DNA of 63,111 bases, the filler included. It is 4 parts of 4 records of this genome, joined end to end, with 100 filler letters (N's around TTAATTAATTAA, not from the genome) between each part and the next. Parts side by side here need not be neighbours in the genome. Positions count along the whole stretch, not along the records: positions 23,716 to 37,049 come from DRR723986_7131; positions 37,150 to 50,488 come from DRR723986_7137; 2 more parts are not named here. One strand, written 5' to 3'. Numbering within the stretch: position 1 is the first letter of the stretch; each line of letters opens with the position of its first letter. A model generated the notes under the pieces. The model had not been told where the DNA came from. It ran no database searches and saw only the letters and a list, made by a program, of their open reading frames with translations. A program made the translations under genes and the position numbers. Shown here piece by piece: positions 33,931 to 43,363 of this stretch.

Positions 33931-34204
33931 AATAGGTAGTTAAATTTGGAGTGAGTTCGCCTTGCATCTCAACATGACAGTTAACAGTCAGAAGCCGCCC
34001 AGAGCCAACTTGCGGGTACGGTCGATCAACCGGCAGGTCGTCGAATACAACCCAGGCTAGCGCTGCTGCGCTGACTAGTGCATCAATGTTGGATGCGATG
34101 TAAGTGTTGATTTAACAATGGTCGTGGCAAGAGAACATCTGCTCAATACCGCTTGAGGTACATCACAATGTCATGTGCCAATAAAATACGACTTGGATTT
34201 AGTG

Positions 34205-34315
34205 AAGAACTGGGGGACAGTTCTCAAACAAAAAGTAAACAATACACCAAGGGGGAATTGATGCGCTTATTGTCTTTCGATGAATTCTCCTGTAGTGGGG
34301 GTGGAGAATTACATC
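34205..34315 (-). ncRNA. Candidate structured leader: three consecutive stem-loops with CCCC(C) loops
   Basis: Minus-strand hairpins AATTCTCC-ACCCCCACTACA-GGAGAATT, GCATCAA-TTCCCCC-TTGGTGT (extendable by ACAATA/TATTGT) and GAGAACTG-TCCCC-CAGTTCTT. The imperfect pairs are G-U only on the minus strand. Confidence 0.45.
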
Positions 34316-34358
34316 AATACTACAGTCAGTGACCTTCGACTATAATGTAGACCTATGC

Positions 34359-34387
34359 AAAGTAATACTTAAATGTTAACTGAGCAA
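34359..34387 (-). promoter_or_regulatory. Candidate promoter for the FG-GAP/RHS operon
   Basis: Minus strand TTGCTC-N17-TACTTT(GCA), just upstream of the C-loop hairpins. Confidence 0.4.
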
Positions 34388-35183
34388 GGGAAATTTTAAT
34401 TGCCAGTATTACAAATGATCTTAGTGAACATTTAGTAGCAACTGGACGCTGATCTCCCAGTTCTGTTTAGCTGTGTAAACTGTGCGTGTGTTAACATTGT
34501 GTTTCGGCTGACGGCTCAGGCATGGGGGCGAAGAGAGGCCGTCGCGGCTTTTGCGACAATCACAACCCAATTGACATTGATGAGTACTAACTGTCGACTT
34601 CCTGCTTCTTTACATACCTGTCCTGTATTTTCGGAGAGCCGGCGGCGGCCAGAGACGTTCCCTGATCCATTTCCTGACTCATGAAATAAAATTGAATTGC
34701 GAACTTGACTGCCTCACCAGACCGTGCTCCGGATCTGCATTTCAGCTTTTAACTGGAGCACCGATGCCCTTTCCAATTGGACCGGCGCAACATTGAGACA
34801 CACCAAGCAATAATTGGTTAAAAAAACTTTGGACCGTTTGTCTTTTGACCTGGCTTTTGTAGCTCACTTTGAAGTGAAGTCATATGCCAGTTCTTCCTAC
34901 CGCTCAGGAAAACCAACGATCATATTTTTTTGGGGATCGTTGTTTGCGCAACACCCCAATTGTTTAGCCCCAATTAGAGCAAGCAAGTCAAGAATGCCAA
35001 ACCAATTAGTGTCAATTTTGAAGCGTGAAGTGAGAGGATTTACATTGGCCTACACGCGAAAAACGTCGAATTCATTGCAAAATCAGTGATTTGCGGAGTA
35101 ATGCAGCACATTAGAGTTTGAAACTGTTAACTTGAATTCTTTGGATTGGTAGTTGTCTGGATTTTGCGGAATAGGAGGCACAC

Positions 35184-36722
35184 ATGAGCTCAACGGAAGA
35201 ACTTTACCAACTCATTCAAACGATGTCCAGAGCCGAAATACGCAATTTTCGCCAGGTCGTAGGCAGTAACACCAAAGATGGTCAAAGTAATTACCTGAAA
35301 CTATTTGACCTTATCCGTCGCCACGGTGATCAGGGAGAAGAACTCATACGGAAAAAGCTGCGCAAAGAGAAATTTGTTGAGCACCTGGCTACCACACGCT
35401 ATCAACTGAGTAGTCTACTGTTGCAAAGTCTATGCCGCTATAATTCCGCTAAAGACCCACTATTTGAGCTGCAGGAAGGCATTCAAAGTGTACGTTTATT
35501 ATTCGACCGCGGGCTTTGGGAATTCGGCGGACGTTTACTGAAAAAGGTGCGCCGTAAAGCCGAGATGTATGACTATCACTATGAACAAATCGAAATATTC
35601 AGATTAGAACGATTGGAATTGATGCGTTTGCAAACTCAGGGAATGGAACAGACACTGACTGAACATCTTGATAAAGAAAAGGCCGTCGTCCAAAAGTTAA
35701 CATTGGAGAGGGCTTACGCCGATCTGAGTTATCGGATGAATATTCTGGTAGGCAAGCAGATGTCAAGCAAAGATGGGCATACCTTGGAAAAAGCCAGAAG
35801 TATCATGTCCAGTCCTCTATTACGGAATAAGGAACAAGCCCAGACTTTTTTATGCAAGATGGTGTTTCTTAACACGCACACACAGTATTCCATTTTTACC
35901 GGGGACAAAGACAATGCGTACGAGTATATGTTTCAGCTTAAGCGCCTATGGGAAACCGAACCCCATCGGATCACAGTAGCTCCGGGTAGATATAAAACCT
36001 GCCTCACCAATTTTATGAGCATGTGTGTGACGAGCAGGCGTTACACTGAAGTGATGCCGGCTGTTAACGCTCTCAAAGCTCTTCCATCATTGTCAGCTTC
36101 AGATGAGATTAAGACGTTTCTGCATGTATCCAGTATCGAATTGATCTACCGACTTAACACTTCGCACTTTAAAGGTGGCGTAAGCTTAATCGATGAGATA
36201 GAAGAGGGTCTTAAAAAATATTCGGGTAAAATGGATGATGGCAAGGTGATGGTTCTGCTCCACAACAGTACTGTCTTTTTGTTTCTGAAAGGTGACTTTG
36301 CGCGCACGGCGGTTTGGATCGAGAAAATATTATTAAGCAAAAAAACTGACATCTTTAAGGGGCCAATCGAGCTGGCGCGTTTGCTTTTGCCCATTGTACA
36401 ATTTGAACTGGAAAATGATAGTCTTGTTGAACCTCTGATTCGCTCCGTGCAACGCTATTTACAACGCCATGAGCTTCTTAGTGATTTTTACTCGGTTTTC
36501 CTGGCCGGCCTTAACAAACTCGCAGCCACTGTTCAATCAGAAAGGACCTCCGATCTTTACCGCAGCTTGGACAAACAATTGCGTGTGATCAATCAGGAGC
36601 AACCGCCGCCGCCGCTAGAGTTCCAAAGCAATATCCTGTTGTGGCTCAAAAGTAGAATTGAGCAAACGCCGATTAACGAACTGTACTTGCGCAAAATAAG
36701 CAATAGTGATTCGACCCTGTAA
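35184..36722 (+). CDS. Uncharacterised 512-aa all-helical (TPR-like) cytoplasmic protein of a Bacteroidota-type family
   Basis: AGGAGG RBS and no signal peptide. N-terminus LYQLIQTMSRAEIRNF...NYLKLFDLI, followed by amphipathic helical repeats. Confidence 0.8.
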   Translation: MSSTEELYQLIQTMSRAEIRNFRQVVGSNTKDGQSNYLKLFDLIRRHGDQGEELIRKKLRKEKFVEHLATTRYQLSSLLLQSLCRYNSAKDPLFELQEGIQSVRLLFDRGLWEFGGRLLKKVRRKAEMYDYHYEQIEIFRLERLELMRLQTQGMEQTLTEHLDKEKAVVQKLTLERAYADLSYRMNILVGKQMSSKDGHTLEKARSIMSSPLLRNKEQAQTFLCKMVFLNTHTQYSIFTGDKDNAYEYMFQLKRLWETEPHRITVAPGRYKTCLTNFMSMCVTSRRYTEVMPAVNALKALPSLSASDEIKTFLHVSSIELIYRLNTSHFKGGVSLIDEIEEGLKKYSGKMDDGKVMVLLHNSTVFLFLKGDFARTAVWIEKILLSKKTDIFKGPIELARLLLPIVQFELENDSLVEPLIRSVQRYLQRHELLSDFYSVFLAGLNKLAATVQSERTSDLYRSLDKQLRVINQEQPPPPLEFQSNILLWLKSRIEQTPINELYLRKISNSDSTL

Positions 36723-37049
36723 GTAGTTTAACTGCTGGCGACGGGCAGTTGTCTCATGGCAAGATTGCGGTGTTTTGAATCAATCTGAGCAAAAAAATAG
36801 TGCTCAATATTAGCGCAAATTAGAATTGGCATGTAGGTTCTGCTAATTTTTCCATCCGTTCAAGCGGCAATACGGTACGTTCACCCATGGAATGCGGGCC
36901 ATTCGATTTTTCGCGTATTAATAATTGCCGGGCTTGAGTTAGACTTGTAGTTGACGGCGTGCAGCATGCAGTGCGCCGCTCCTCGATGGCCTTTCACTCA
37001 CAAAAAAAATCTGCATTACGCAGGGTGGGTGGAATGCGTCTGGACGTGG

Positions 37050-37149
37050 NNNNNNNNNNNNNNNNNNNNNNNNNNNNNNNNNNNNNNNNNNNNTTAATTA
37101 ATTAANNNNNNNNNNNNNNNNNNNNNNNNNNNNNNNNNNNNNNNNNNNN
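37050..37149. other. Artificial contig linker
   Basis: N44-TTAATTAATTAA-N44. Confidence 0.99.
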
Positions 37150-37195
37150 CCCCGGCGTGACAGGCCGGTACTCTAACCATCTGAGCTACAACCGC
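37150..37195 (-). tRNA. tRNA-Asp(GTC), 5' part only (truncated at contig end)
   Basis: Reverse complement GCGGTTGTAGCTCAGATGGTTAGAGTACCGGCCTGTCACGCCGGGG: acceptor 5' strand, D-arm, and anticodon stem CCGGC/GCCGG with loop CT-GTC-AC. Confidence 0.92.
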
Positions 37196-37234
37196 CCGCT
37201 GTTTCGTCCAGCGTGTCTTGCTGAACGTTGGGGT

Positions 37235-37263
37235 GTACTATTTCCACTCCGGCGCATCGTCAA
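37235..37263 (-). promoter_or_regulatory. Sigma70-like promoter of tRNA-Asp
   Basis: Minus strand TTGACG-N17-TAGTAC about 40 nt upstream of the tRNA. Confidence 0.6.
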
Positions 37264-37590
37264 GCGGCCTTTCGCACTTTTTTCCAAACAATCGCAAAAA
37301 CTTGTGGATAGCTTTTGCAAGCGACGAGGCCCCTCACCCCTTTGCGAACTTAAAATCGCCATAAAAACAAAGGGTTCCGCAACACCTGACCGCCATAAAC
37401 CCACCCAAATCACACGACCCACCTAATTTTACGGGCAAATCACATTTCCTGCTCTCCCCCGAGAATGGTACTTTCAGACCCTCAGCCACAGGCGCCCGCC
37501 GGGTCGCGCCAGATCATGAACACGCTCGGTTGCGGCGCACACGAGCAGATCCGTAAAACCGCGCCCGGCGTCTGGTGTCCCATCGACTCG

Positions 37591-37626
37591 AAAAGGGCGC
37601 GCAAGGTTCCCCTCGCGCGCCCTTTC
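37591..37626 (-). terminator. Intrinsic terminator after the exported hypothetical gene
   Basis: AAAAGGGCGCGC...GCGCGCCCTTT inverted repeat about 20 nt past the stop codon. Confidence 0.75.
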
Positions 37627-37647
37627 ATTCAAAACAGTCGGTGGTGG

Positions 37648-38181
37648 TTACTGTGACATCTGCTCAGCATTGCACGCCCGACCCATCTCCATCGCTTTGT
37701 ATGTCCCTGCCAGGTTCACGCTAAACGCGGCCTCGGTCTCAGGGAAAACGGTCATGGTGTATTTCTTGGCAAGATCATCGATAAAGTTCGCGTTATTGGC
37801 CAGAATATAACCGCCGGAATACCCTTCGGTGATATTGCCTTTCATGCCTGTCGCTTTCGAAGAATAGACATTGCCATCAATGCTGACGATAACTTCTTCC
37901 TTCTGGCCTTTTCTAATGCCAGCTTCGTTTTTGGAAAACACACCCAAGTATCCAACCGAATGATCTGCGGTCAAACCCATTTGGACAACGTTAGCTGCTG
38001 CATCCACGTTCTCAATCAAACAAGATTTACGTTCGATATCTACATAAACGTTCCAGCCTTCAACTTCACCGTATTTCGTAAACCCATCGCTTCCTGGGGC
38101 AATCACACCTTGTGCCATTGCACCCGTTGCCAATCCAACAGTAATCGCAGAAACAGACAGCGCAGTTTTAAATTTAATCAT
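37648..38181 (-). CDS. Exported hypothetical protein
   Basis: Signal peptide MIKFKTALSVSAITVGLATGAMA|Q, GGGAG RBS, two Cys and its own terminator. Confidence 0.8.
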   Translation of the reverse strand: MIKFKTALSVSAITVGLATGAMAQGVIAPGSDGFTKYGEVEGWNVYVDIERKSCLIENVDAAANVVQMGLTADHSVGYLGVFSKNEAGIRKGQKEEVIVSIDGNVYSSKATGMKGNITEGYSGGYILANNANFIDDLAKKYTMTVFPETEAAFSVNLAGTYKAMEMGRACNAEQMSQ

Positions 38182-38339
38182 CAGATAACTCCCTCTAAGT
38201 AGAACAAACAGTTCCACATTATTCTATTACTTGATTCCATGCGAGGTCGAGTTCGCACACATTTGAATATGTTTCCGTTTCTCTCGATTTCCGCCTAAAG
38301 TTATCGTCCGCACATAATTTGAGCAACAATCAGCCGATA

Positions 38340-39299
38340 TCATTCGTCAATTGCCTCAAAAATATGCACCGCCTCTTTCCCAGTTTGCCCCATTTGCCCC
38401 TCAATTTGCCCTAGCAAGGAAGACCGGACGTATTTAGCAATAGCAGCTGGCATGGATGCAAATTCCTGATCTCGCGCGACAACTGTTATCGTTCGTGACA
38501 TTGCCGCGCCCGGCAAGGGGCGCACATTCAGTGGCATTCGTTCCACCAAACCATCAATCAATAAGGTTGGCGTCAAAATGGTGAATCCCATTCCATCTGC
38601 GACGCACGCTGTCACCATACTACTTCGATCTGCCTGAATCACGCGAGGAGGCTGAACGCGCAGACGCCGCAAATGTTGGGAGATCCGACGCCCCACATCC
38701 GTTGTATCGCCAAACCGAACCAATGGCAGTTGTTTAACCACCTCTTCCAGACTGCGAACCGACCCTTGAAACCCAGCAGGCAACACCAATAGAAATGCCT
38801 CAGTAAACACCGGATGCCGCTCTAACCCGTCCAGGTCATAAAGCGGATTGCTGGTGACAACGATGTCCGCCTGTTTGGTCCGAATAAGCGCCTCGTGATC
38901 CCCACTTTGCCCTGCATGCAAGATCATATCCTGCACACCAAAATCATCCTTCGCCAATCGCACCAAACCCGGCGAAACCGTGGTCGCAATGGATGCCTGC
39001 AGGCCAAGACGTAACCGCGTGATTGGGTGCGGCCCTTGGTGGCGCATATCACTGCTCAGCGTCCCCACAGCTGTCAGGATTTGGGTCGCATGACGGTGCA
39101 TCAACACCCCCGCCTGTGTCGGGCGCACAGGACGCACCCCCCGATCCAGCAGCTTCACATCATAGGTCTTTTCCAGCCCCGCGATATGCTGCGATGCAGC
39201 AGATTGCGTCATACCAACCAGCCGTGCAGCGGCCGTCACCTGACCGGTTTCTACAACAGCAACAAAGACTTCCATCGCCTTTATCAAGTTCGAACTCAT
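38340..39299 (-). CDS. LysR-family transcriptional regulator
   Basis: HTH FVAVVETGQVTAAARLVGMTQSAASQHIAGLE...LLDR. Start 39299 (alternative 39320). Confidence 0.93.
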   Translation of the reverse strand: MSSNLIKAMEVFVAVVETGQVTAAARLVGMTQSAASQHIAGLEKTYDVKLLDRGVRPVRPTQAGVLMHRHATQILTAVGTLSSDMRHQGPHPITRLRLGLQASIATTVSPGLVRLAKDDFGVQDMILHAGQSGDHEALIRTKQADIVVTSNPLYDLDGLERHPVFTEAFLLVLPAGFQGSVRSLEEVVKQLPLVRFGDTTDVGRRISQHLRRLRVQPPRVIQADRSSMVTACVADGMGFTILTPTLLIDGLVERMPLNVRPLPGAAMSRTITVVARDQEFASMPAAIAKYVRSSLLGQIEGQMGQTGKEAVHIFEAIDE

Positions 39300-39333
39300 C
39301 GCGCCGCGCTGTTCCATCATCACCCCATCAGAT

Positions 39334-39364
39334 TTGCCAGTATTAGAAATCCTAATACTGGCAA
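39334..39364. promoter_or_regulatory. LysR recognition site (perfect 13-bp inverted repeat containing T-N11-A)
   Basis: TTGCCAGTATTAG-aaatc-CTAATACTGGCAA between divergent lysR and the MttB-family gene. Confidence 0.75.
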
Positions 39365-39425
39365 CTGTCAATTGATCGATCTGCCGTCCCTCTGCACATT
39401 GCAGGCCACCACAAGGAGGCTGGTC

Positions 39426-40970
39426 ATGACCGAACCCCAACCCAAACGACGGCGCAAGAAATCAGGCGGACGCGGTGCCCCCCGTCCCGGCGCCGATCAG
39501 CCTCGCGCCCCTTTCATCCTGCGCAAACTGGGCACCTTCAATATTCTGGGCGAAGAGGGCCTAAGCCTGATCGAAGAAAACGCCGATAAGATCCTTGCCG
39601 AAACAGGCATGGATTTCGTCGATGACCCCGAGATACTAGAGATCTTTGCCAACGCAGGCTGCGATGTTCAGGGCAGCCGCGTGCGCTTTGCCCCCGGGTT
39701 CTGCCGCAAGACCATTCAGGCCACAGCCCCCAAGCAGTTCACGCAACACGCCCGCAACCCGGCCAATTCGGTGCAACTGGGCGGTGATGCGACCGTGCTC
39801 TGCCCATCCTGGGGCCCGCCTTTTGTGCATGATTTGGATCGCGGCCGCCGCTATGCCACCTTTGAGGACTTTGAAACACTGGTGAAACTGCACCACACAA
39901 TCCCCTGGCTGCACCATTCGGGCGGCGTGGTGTGCGAACCCGTGGACCTGCCAGCAAACAAGCGCCATCTGGATATGCTGTACACCCACATCCGATACTC
40001 AGACCGCCCCTTTATGGGTGCCTTTATCGGAGCGGAGCGCGCTGGACATGCGCTGGACATGGCCCGGATCGTCTTTGGGGCCGAGTATGTCGCCGAAAAC
40101 CCCGTGCTCTATTGCGTGTCAAACACCAATGCGCCGTTGGTGATGGATTCGCATATGTCTGGCGCGCTGAAAACCTACGCCCGCGCAGGACAGCCGGTGG
40201 CCACCGCCCCTTGGGTGCTGGCCGGAGCCATGAGCCCCTGCACGGTTGCGGGCACCATGGCACAGGTATTGGCTGAGGCTTTGGCCTGCTTGACACTCGC
40301 ACAACTGGTCAAACCCGGCGCACCGGTGCTGATGGGCAGCTTTGCCTCAACCATGTCGATGCAATCGGGCGCGCCAACCTTTGGAACGCCCGAAGCCGGA
40401 CAAATGGTATTGGCGGCTGGTCAGTTGGCGCGACGGTTGGGCGTGCCGCTGCACACCGTCGGCACCCTTAGTGCGTCGAAAATCCCCGATGCCCAAAGCC
40501 AGCAAGAGGCCACATGGGGCCTGATGATGTCGATGTTTGCCGGGGCCAACCTGATCAACCACGCCACGGGCTGGTTAGAAGGGGGGCTGGTGACCAGTTA
40601 TGAGAAGACCATGATCGATGCAGATTTATGCGGAAAGATGGCGCGGTTCTTTGACGGCATTGATCTGAGCGAAAATGCACAAGCCATGTCCGCCATTGCC
40701 GCCACCGGACCGGGCGCACATTTCTTAGGGTCCGAGCACACCCAAGCCAACTTTATGACCGCCCTGTTCCGCCCAGAAACGCCAGACAACAACGCCTATG
40801 AGCATTGGGAGGCGGCGGGATCGCTGGATACAGCCCAACGCGCCAATGCGCTGTGGAAATCCCATCTGGACGCCTACGAAGACCCTGGTCTGGATCCGGC
40901 AATCGATGAAGAGCTTCAAGCCTATATCGCCAAACGCAAAGCGGAAACGCCAGATATGGATTATTTCTGA
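39426..40970 (+). CDS. Trimethylamine methyltransferase (MttB/MtgB) family protein, non-pyrrolysine
   Basis: ARNP...GG, CEPVDLP...RHLD, GAMSP.TVAG, SGAPTFGTPE, SKIPDAQ and GWLEGGL motifs. No in-frame amber codon. ATG 39426 behind AGGAGG. Confidence 0.92.
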   Translation: MTEPQPKRRRKKSGGRGAPRPGADQPRAPFILRKLGTFNILGEEGLSLIEENADKILAETGMDFVDDPEILEIFANAGCDVQGSRVRFAPGFCRKTIQATAPKQFTQHARNPANSVQLGGDATVLCPSWGPPFVHDLDRGRRYATFEDFETLVKLHHTIPWLHHSGGVVCEPVDLPANKRHLDMLYTHIRYSDRPFMGAFIGAERAGHALDMARIVFGAEYVAENPVLYCVSNTNAPLVMDSHMSGALKTYARAGQPVATAPWVLAGAMSPCTVAGTMAQVLAEALACLTLAQLVKPGAPVLMGSFASTMSMQSGAPTFGTPEAGQMVLAAGQLARRLGVPLHTVGTLSASKIPDAQSQQEATWGLMMSMFAGANLINHATGWLEGGLVTSYEKTMIDADLCGKMARFFDGIDLSENAQAMSAIAATGPGAHFLGSEHTQANFMTALFRPETPDNNAYEHWEAAGSLDTAQRANALWKSHLDAYEDPGLDPAIDEELQAYIAKRKAETPDMDYF

Positions 40971-43363
40971 TGGGGCGGACAATTATCATTGGTGGTGGCG
41001 CGATTGGTCTGTCTCTGGCCTATCACCTGGCCCATCGCGGGGCCGAGGATGTGGTGGTGTTGGAGCGAAACCAGCTGACATCCGGCACATCTTGGCACGC
41101 GGCGGGTATTGTTGGCCCCCTGCGCGCAACGCCTAATATGACTAAACTCGCCAGTTATGCGCTTGAGCTGTTTCCGCGACTTGAGGCAGAGACCAGCATG
41201 GCCACCGGCTATCGCCAGACCGGGGGCTATTGGCTGGCCCGACGCCCCGAGCGTCTGGACGAATTGCATCGGATTTCCACACTTGGGCGGCATTTCGGGC
41301 TCGATGCGCAGGTGATCGGCACAGACGATGTGAACGTGCCGGGGTTGGATGTTTCCAATCACGCCGGGGCCATGTGGGTCGCCCAAGACGCCAACGTAAA
41401 CCCGGTTGACCTGTGCATGGCCTATGCCCGCGCGGCCCGTTCCAAAGGCGTGGACATCCGCGAGAATGTTCAAGTGGAGCGCATTGTAACCCAAGACGGG
41501 GCCGCGCGGGGCGTCGCGCTGGCCGATGGGACAATCCTTGAAGCCGAGAGCGTCGCACTCTGCGCCGGAGCGTGGTCAAAACCCTTGGCTGAGGCGGCTG
41601 GGTTAGATCTGCCGCTACAGGCTGTAGAACACATGTATGTGGTGACAGAGCCGATGCCGGGGCTGCCGGATCCCTTTCCGGTGATCCGCGATATGGACAC
41701 TGGCATTTACATCAAAGGAGATGCTGGAAAACTGGTGATCGGCGGCTTTGAGCCGGACGCCAAGATCTGGGACGCATTTGGCCCTGAGGGGGATCGCCCG
41801 TTTTTGGAAATGCCCGAAGATTGGGATCAGTTCATGCCCTTCATGGAAGCGGCGCTAGAGCTGATCCCCGCGTTGGCGGAAACGGGCATTCAACATTTCA
41901 TGAACGGACCAGAGAGTTTCACCAACGATACCCGCCCCTTGGTCGGAGCCGCCCCGTTTGTGAATGGGCTATACGTGGCGGCAGGTATGAATTCAGTCGG
42001 CATTATGTCATCTGCAGGCATTGGGCGCGTGTTGGCCGACTGGATGGTCGACGGCGAAGCGCCCATGGATCTGTGGGAAGTGGATGTCGCCCGCGCCGAC
42101 CCTCGCGCCGCGACGCAGGCCCATATGGCAGATCGCATGCAAGAGAGCGTTGCTGATCTAATGGCGATGCATTGGCCCTTTAAGCAACCCAAAGCAGGCC
42201 GTGATATCAGGTATTCCGCCCTGCACAGCGCTTGGGCAACCGAAGGCGCGGTTTTTGGCCTGACCGCTGGGTGGGAACGCGCGCTGTGGTATGCACAATC
42301 CGACGCGGAGCGTGATCTGCCCTATTCGGTTGGGGCGCAAAGCTGGTTCCCCCTTGCCCAGCGCGAAGCTGCGCAAATGATAGAGGGGGCGGTTTTGCTG
42401 GATCTTTCCCCTTTTGGAAAGTTCGATGTTACGGGTCCGGATGCCTTGCGCGCCATGAACGCTTTGGTTTGTGCGCAGATGGACGTCCCAGTTGGGCGCG
42501 CAGTCTATACCCCGATGTTGAATGAAAAGGGCGGGATCGAAGGCGACCTGACTGTGACCCGATTGGGGAGCCAGCATTTTCGCATCACCTCTGGTGCCGC
42601 GACGCGCTGGCGGGATCTGGCGCTGCTGCGCCGCCGCTTCGCGGTCTGGTCTGTCGACTTGCGAGATGTCACCGAAACCGAGTGCGTTATTGGCGTTATG
42701 GGTGCAGCCGCACGGGATATCCTGACCAAGACCAGTGACGCCGACTGGATCGACTTCCCGTTCTCAACCGCGTGCCATGTGAGGATCGCCAGTGTTCCCT
42801 GCCGCGCCACGCGGATGAGTTTTGTTGGTGAACTTGGGTGGGAATTGAACATACCAGTCGATCAGGCCGATGTAGTCTTTGATGCCTTGATCCAGCTGGG
42901 TGCAAACCCCATGGGCATGTATGCACTAGAGGCGTGCCGGATCGAAAAGGCGTTTCGCCATTGGGGGCATGATCTGGGGCCGGAAATCACCCCCTTGGAA
43001 GCGGGCCTTGGATTCACGATTGACTGGAGTAAGGAATTTGTTGGCAAATTCGCACTAGAGGCCCAGCGCATCGCAGGGTTGTCTCGGCGACTATGCCTAT
43101 TCCAAGTGGAGGGCGATCCGCTCATCTTGCATGACGAACCCATTCTTGAGAACGGAACTGTCGTTGGCCTAACGACATCAGGTGCCAAGGGCGCGCGCAC
43201 AGGGCTGACGCTTGCGCTTGGAATGATCAGCATCTCTCCCGGTGAAAAGCTCTCACAGACCTGCGACAGAACCTTTGAGGTGGATATCGCAGGACAAACT
43301 TATCCAGCACGGGTTTTACCCTGTCCCCCCTATGACCCCAAAGGCGAAAGGATGCGCGGATGA
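40970..43363 (+). CDS. GcvT-family FAD/folate-dependent N-demethylase (sarcosine/dimethylglycine dehydrogenase-like) 1
   Basis: IIGGGAIG, GTSWHAAG (covalent-FAD His), NGPESFT, SFVGELGWE and RIEK motifs. TGATG overlap with the upstream gene. Confidence 0.92.
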   Translation: MGRTIIIGGGAIGLSLAYHLAHRGAEDVVVLERNQLTSGTSWHAAGIVGPLRATPNMTKLASYALELFPRLEAETSMATGYRQTGGYWLARRPERLDELHRISTLGRHFGLDAQVIGTDDVNVPGLDVSNHAGAMWVAQDANVNPVDLCMAYARAARSKGVDIRENVQVERIVTQDGAARGVALADGTILEAESVALCAGAWSKPLAEAAGLDLPLQAVEHMYVVTEPMPGLPDPFPVIRDMDTGIYIKGDAGKLVIGGFEPDAKIWDAFGPEGDRPFLEMPEDWDQFMPFMEAALELIPALAETGIQHFMNGPESFTNDTRPLVGAAPFVNGLYVAAGMNSVGIMSSAGIGRVLADWMVDGEAPMDLWEVDVARADPRAATQAHMADRMQESVADLMAMHWPFKQPKAGRDIRYSALHSAWATEGAVFGLTAGWERALWYAQSDAERDLPYSVGAQSWFPLAQREAAQMIEGAVLLDLSPFGKFDVTGPDALRAMNALVCAQMDVPVGRAVYTPMLNEKGGIEGDLTVTRLGSQHFRITSGAATRWRDLALLRRRFAVWSVDLRDVTETECVIGVMGAAARDILTKTSDADWIDFPFSTACHVRIASVPCRATRMSFVGELGWELNIPVDQADVVFDALIQLGANPMGMYALEACRIEKAFRHWGHDLGPEITPLEAGLGFTIDWSKEFVGKFALEAQRIAGLSRRLCLFQVEGDPLILHDEPILENGTVVGLTTSGAKGARTGLTLALGMISISPGEKLSQTCDRTFEVDIAGQTYPARVLPCPPYDPKGERMRG

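Noticed and set aside
34499-35089. ORFs 34499-34684 and 34814-35089 in the contig 2 spacer
   Set aside because: Non-ATG starts, no RBS and no recognisable motifs. The region is better explained as promoter or leader DNA.
37150-37195. tRNA-Asp as an integration site for the adjacent catabolic genes
   Set aside because: The genes lie 5' of the tRNA, its 3' end is off-contig, and no integrase or att duplication is visible.
37302-37310. DnaA-box-like TGTGGATAG
   Set aside because: A single imperfect copy with no oriC context.
39426-40970. Pyrrolysine readthrough in the MttB homologue
   Set aside because: The frame is open with no TAG, and Leu sits at the Pyl-equivalent position.
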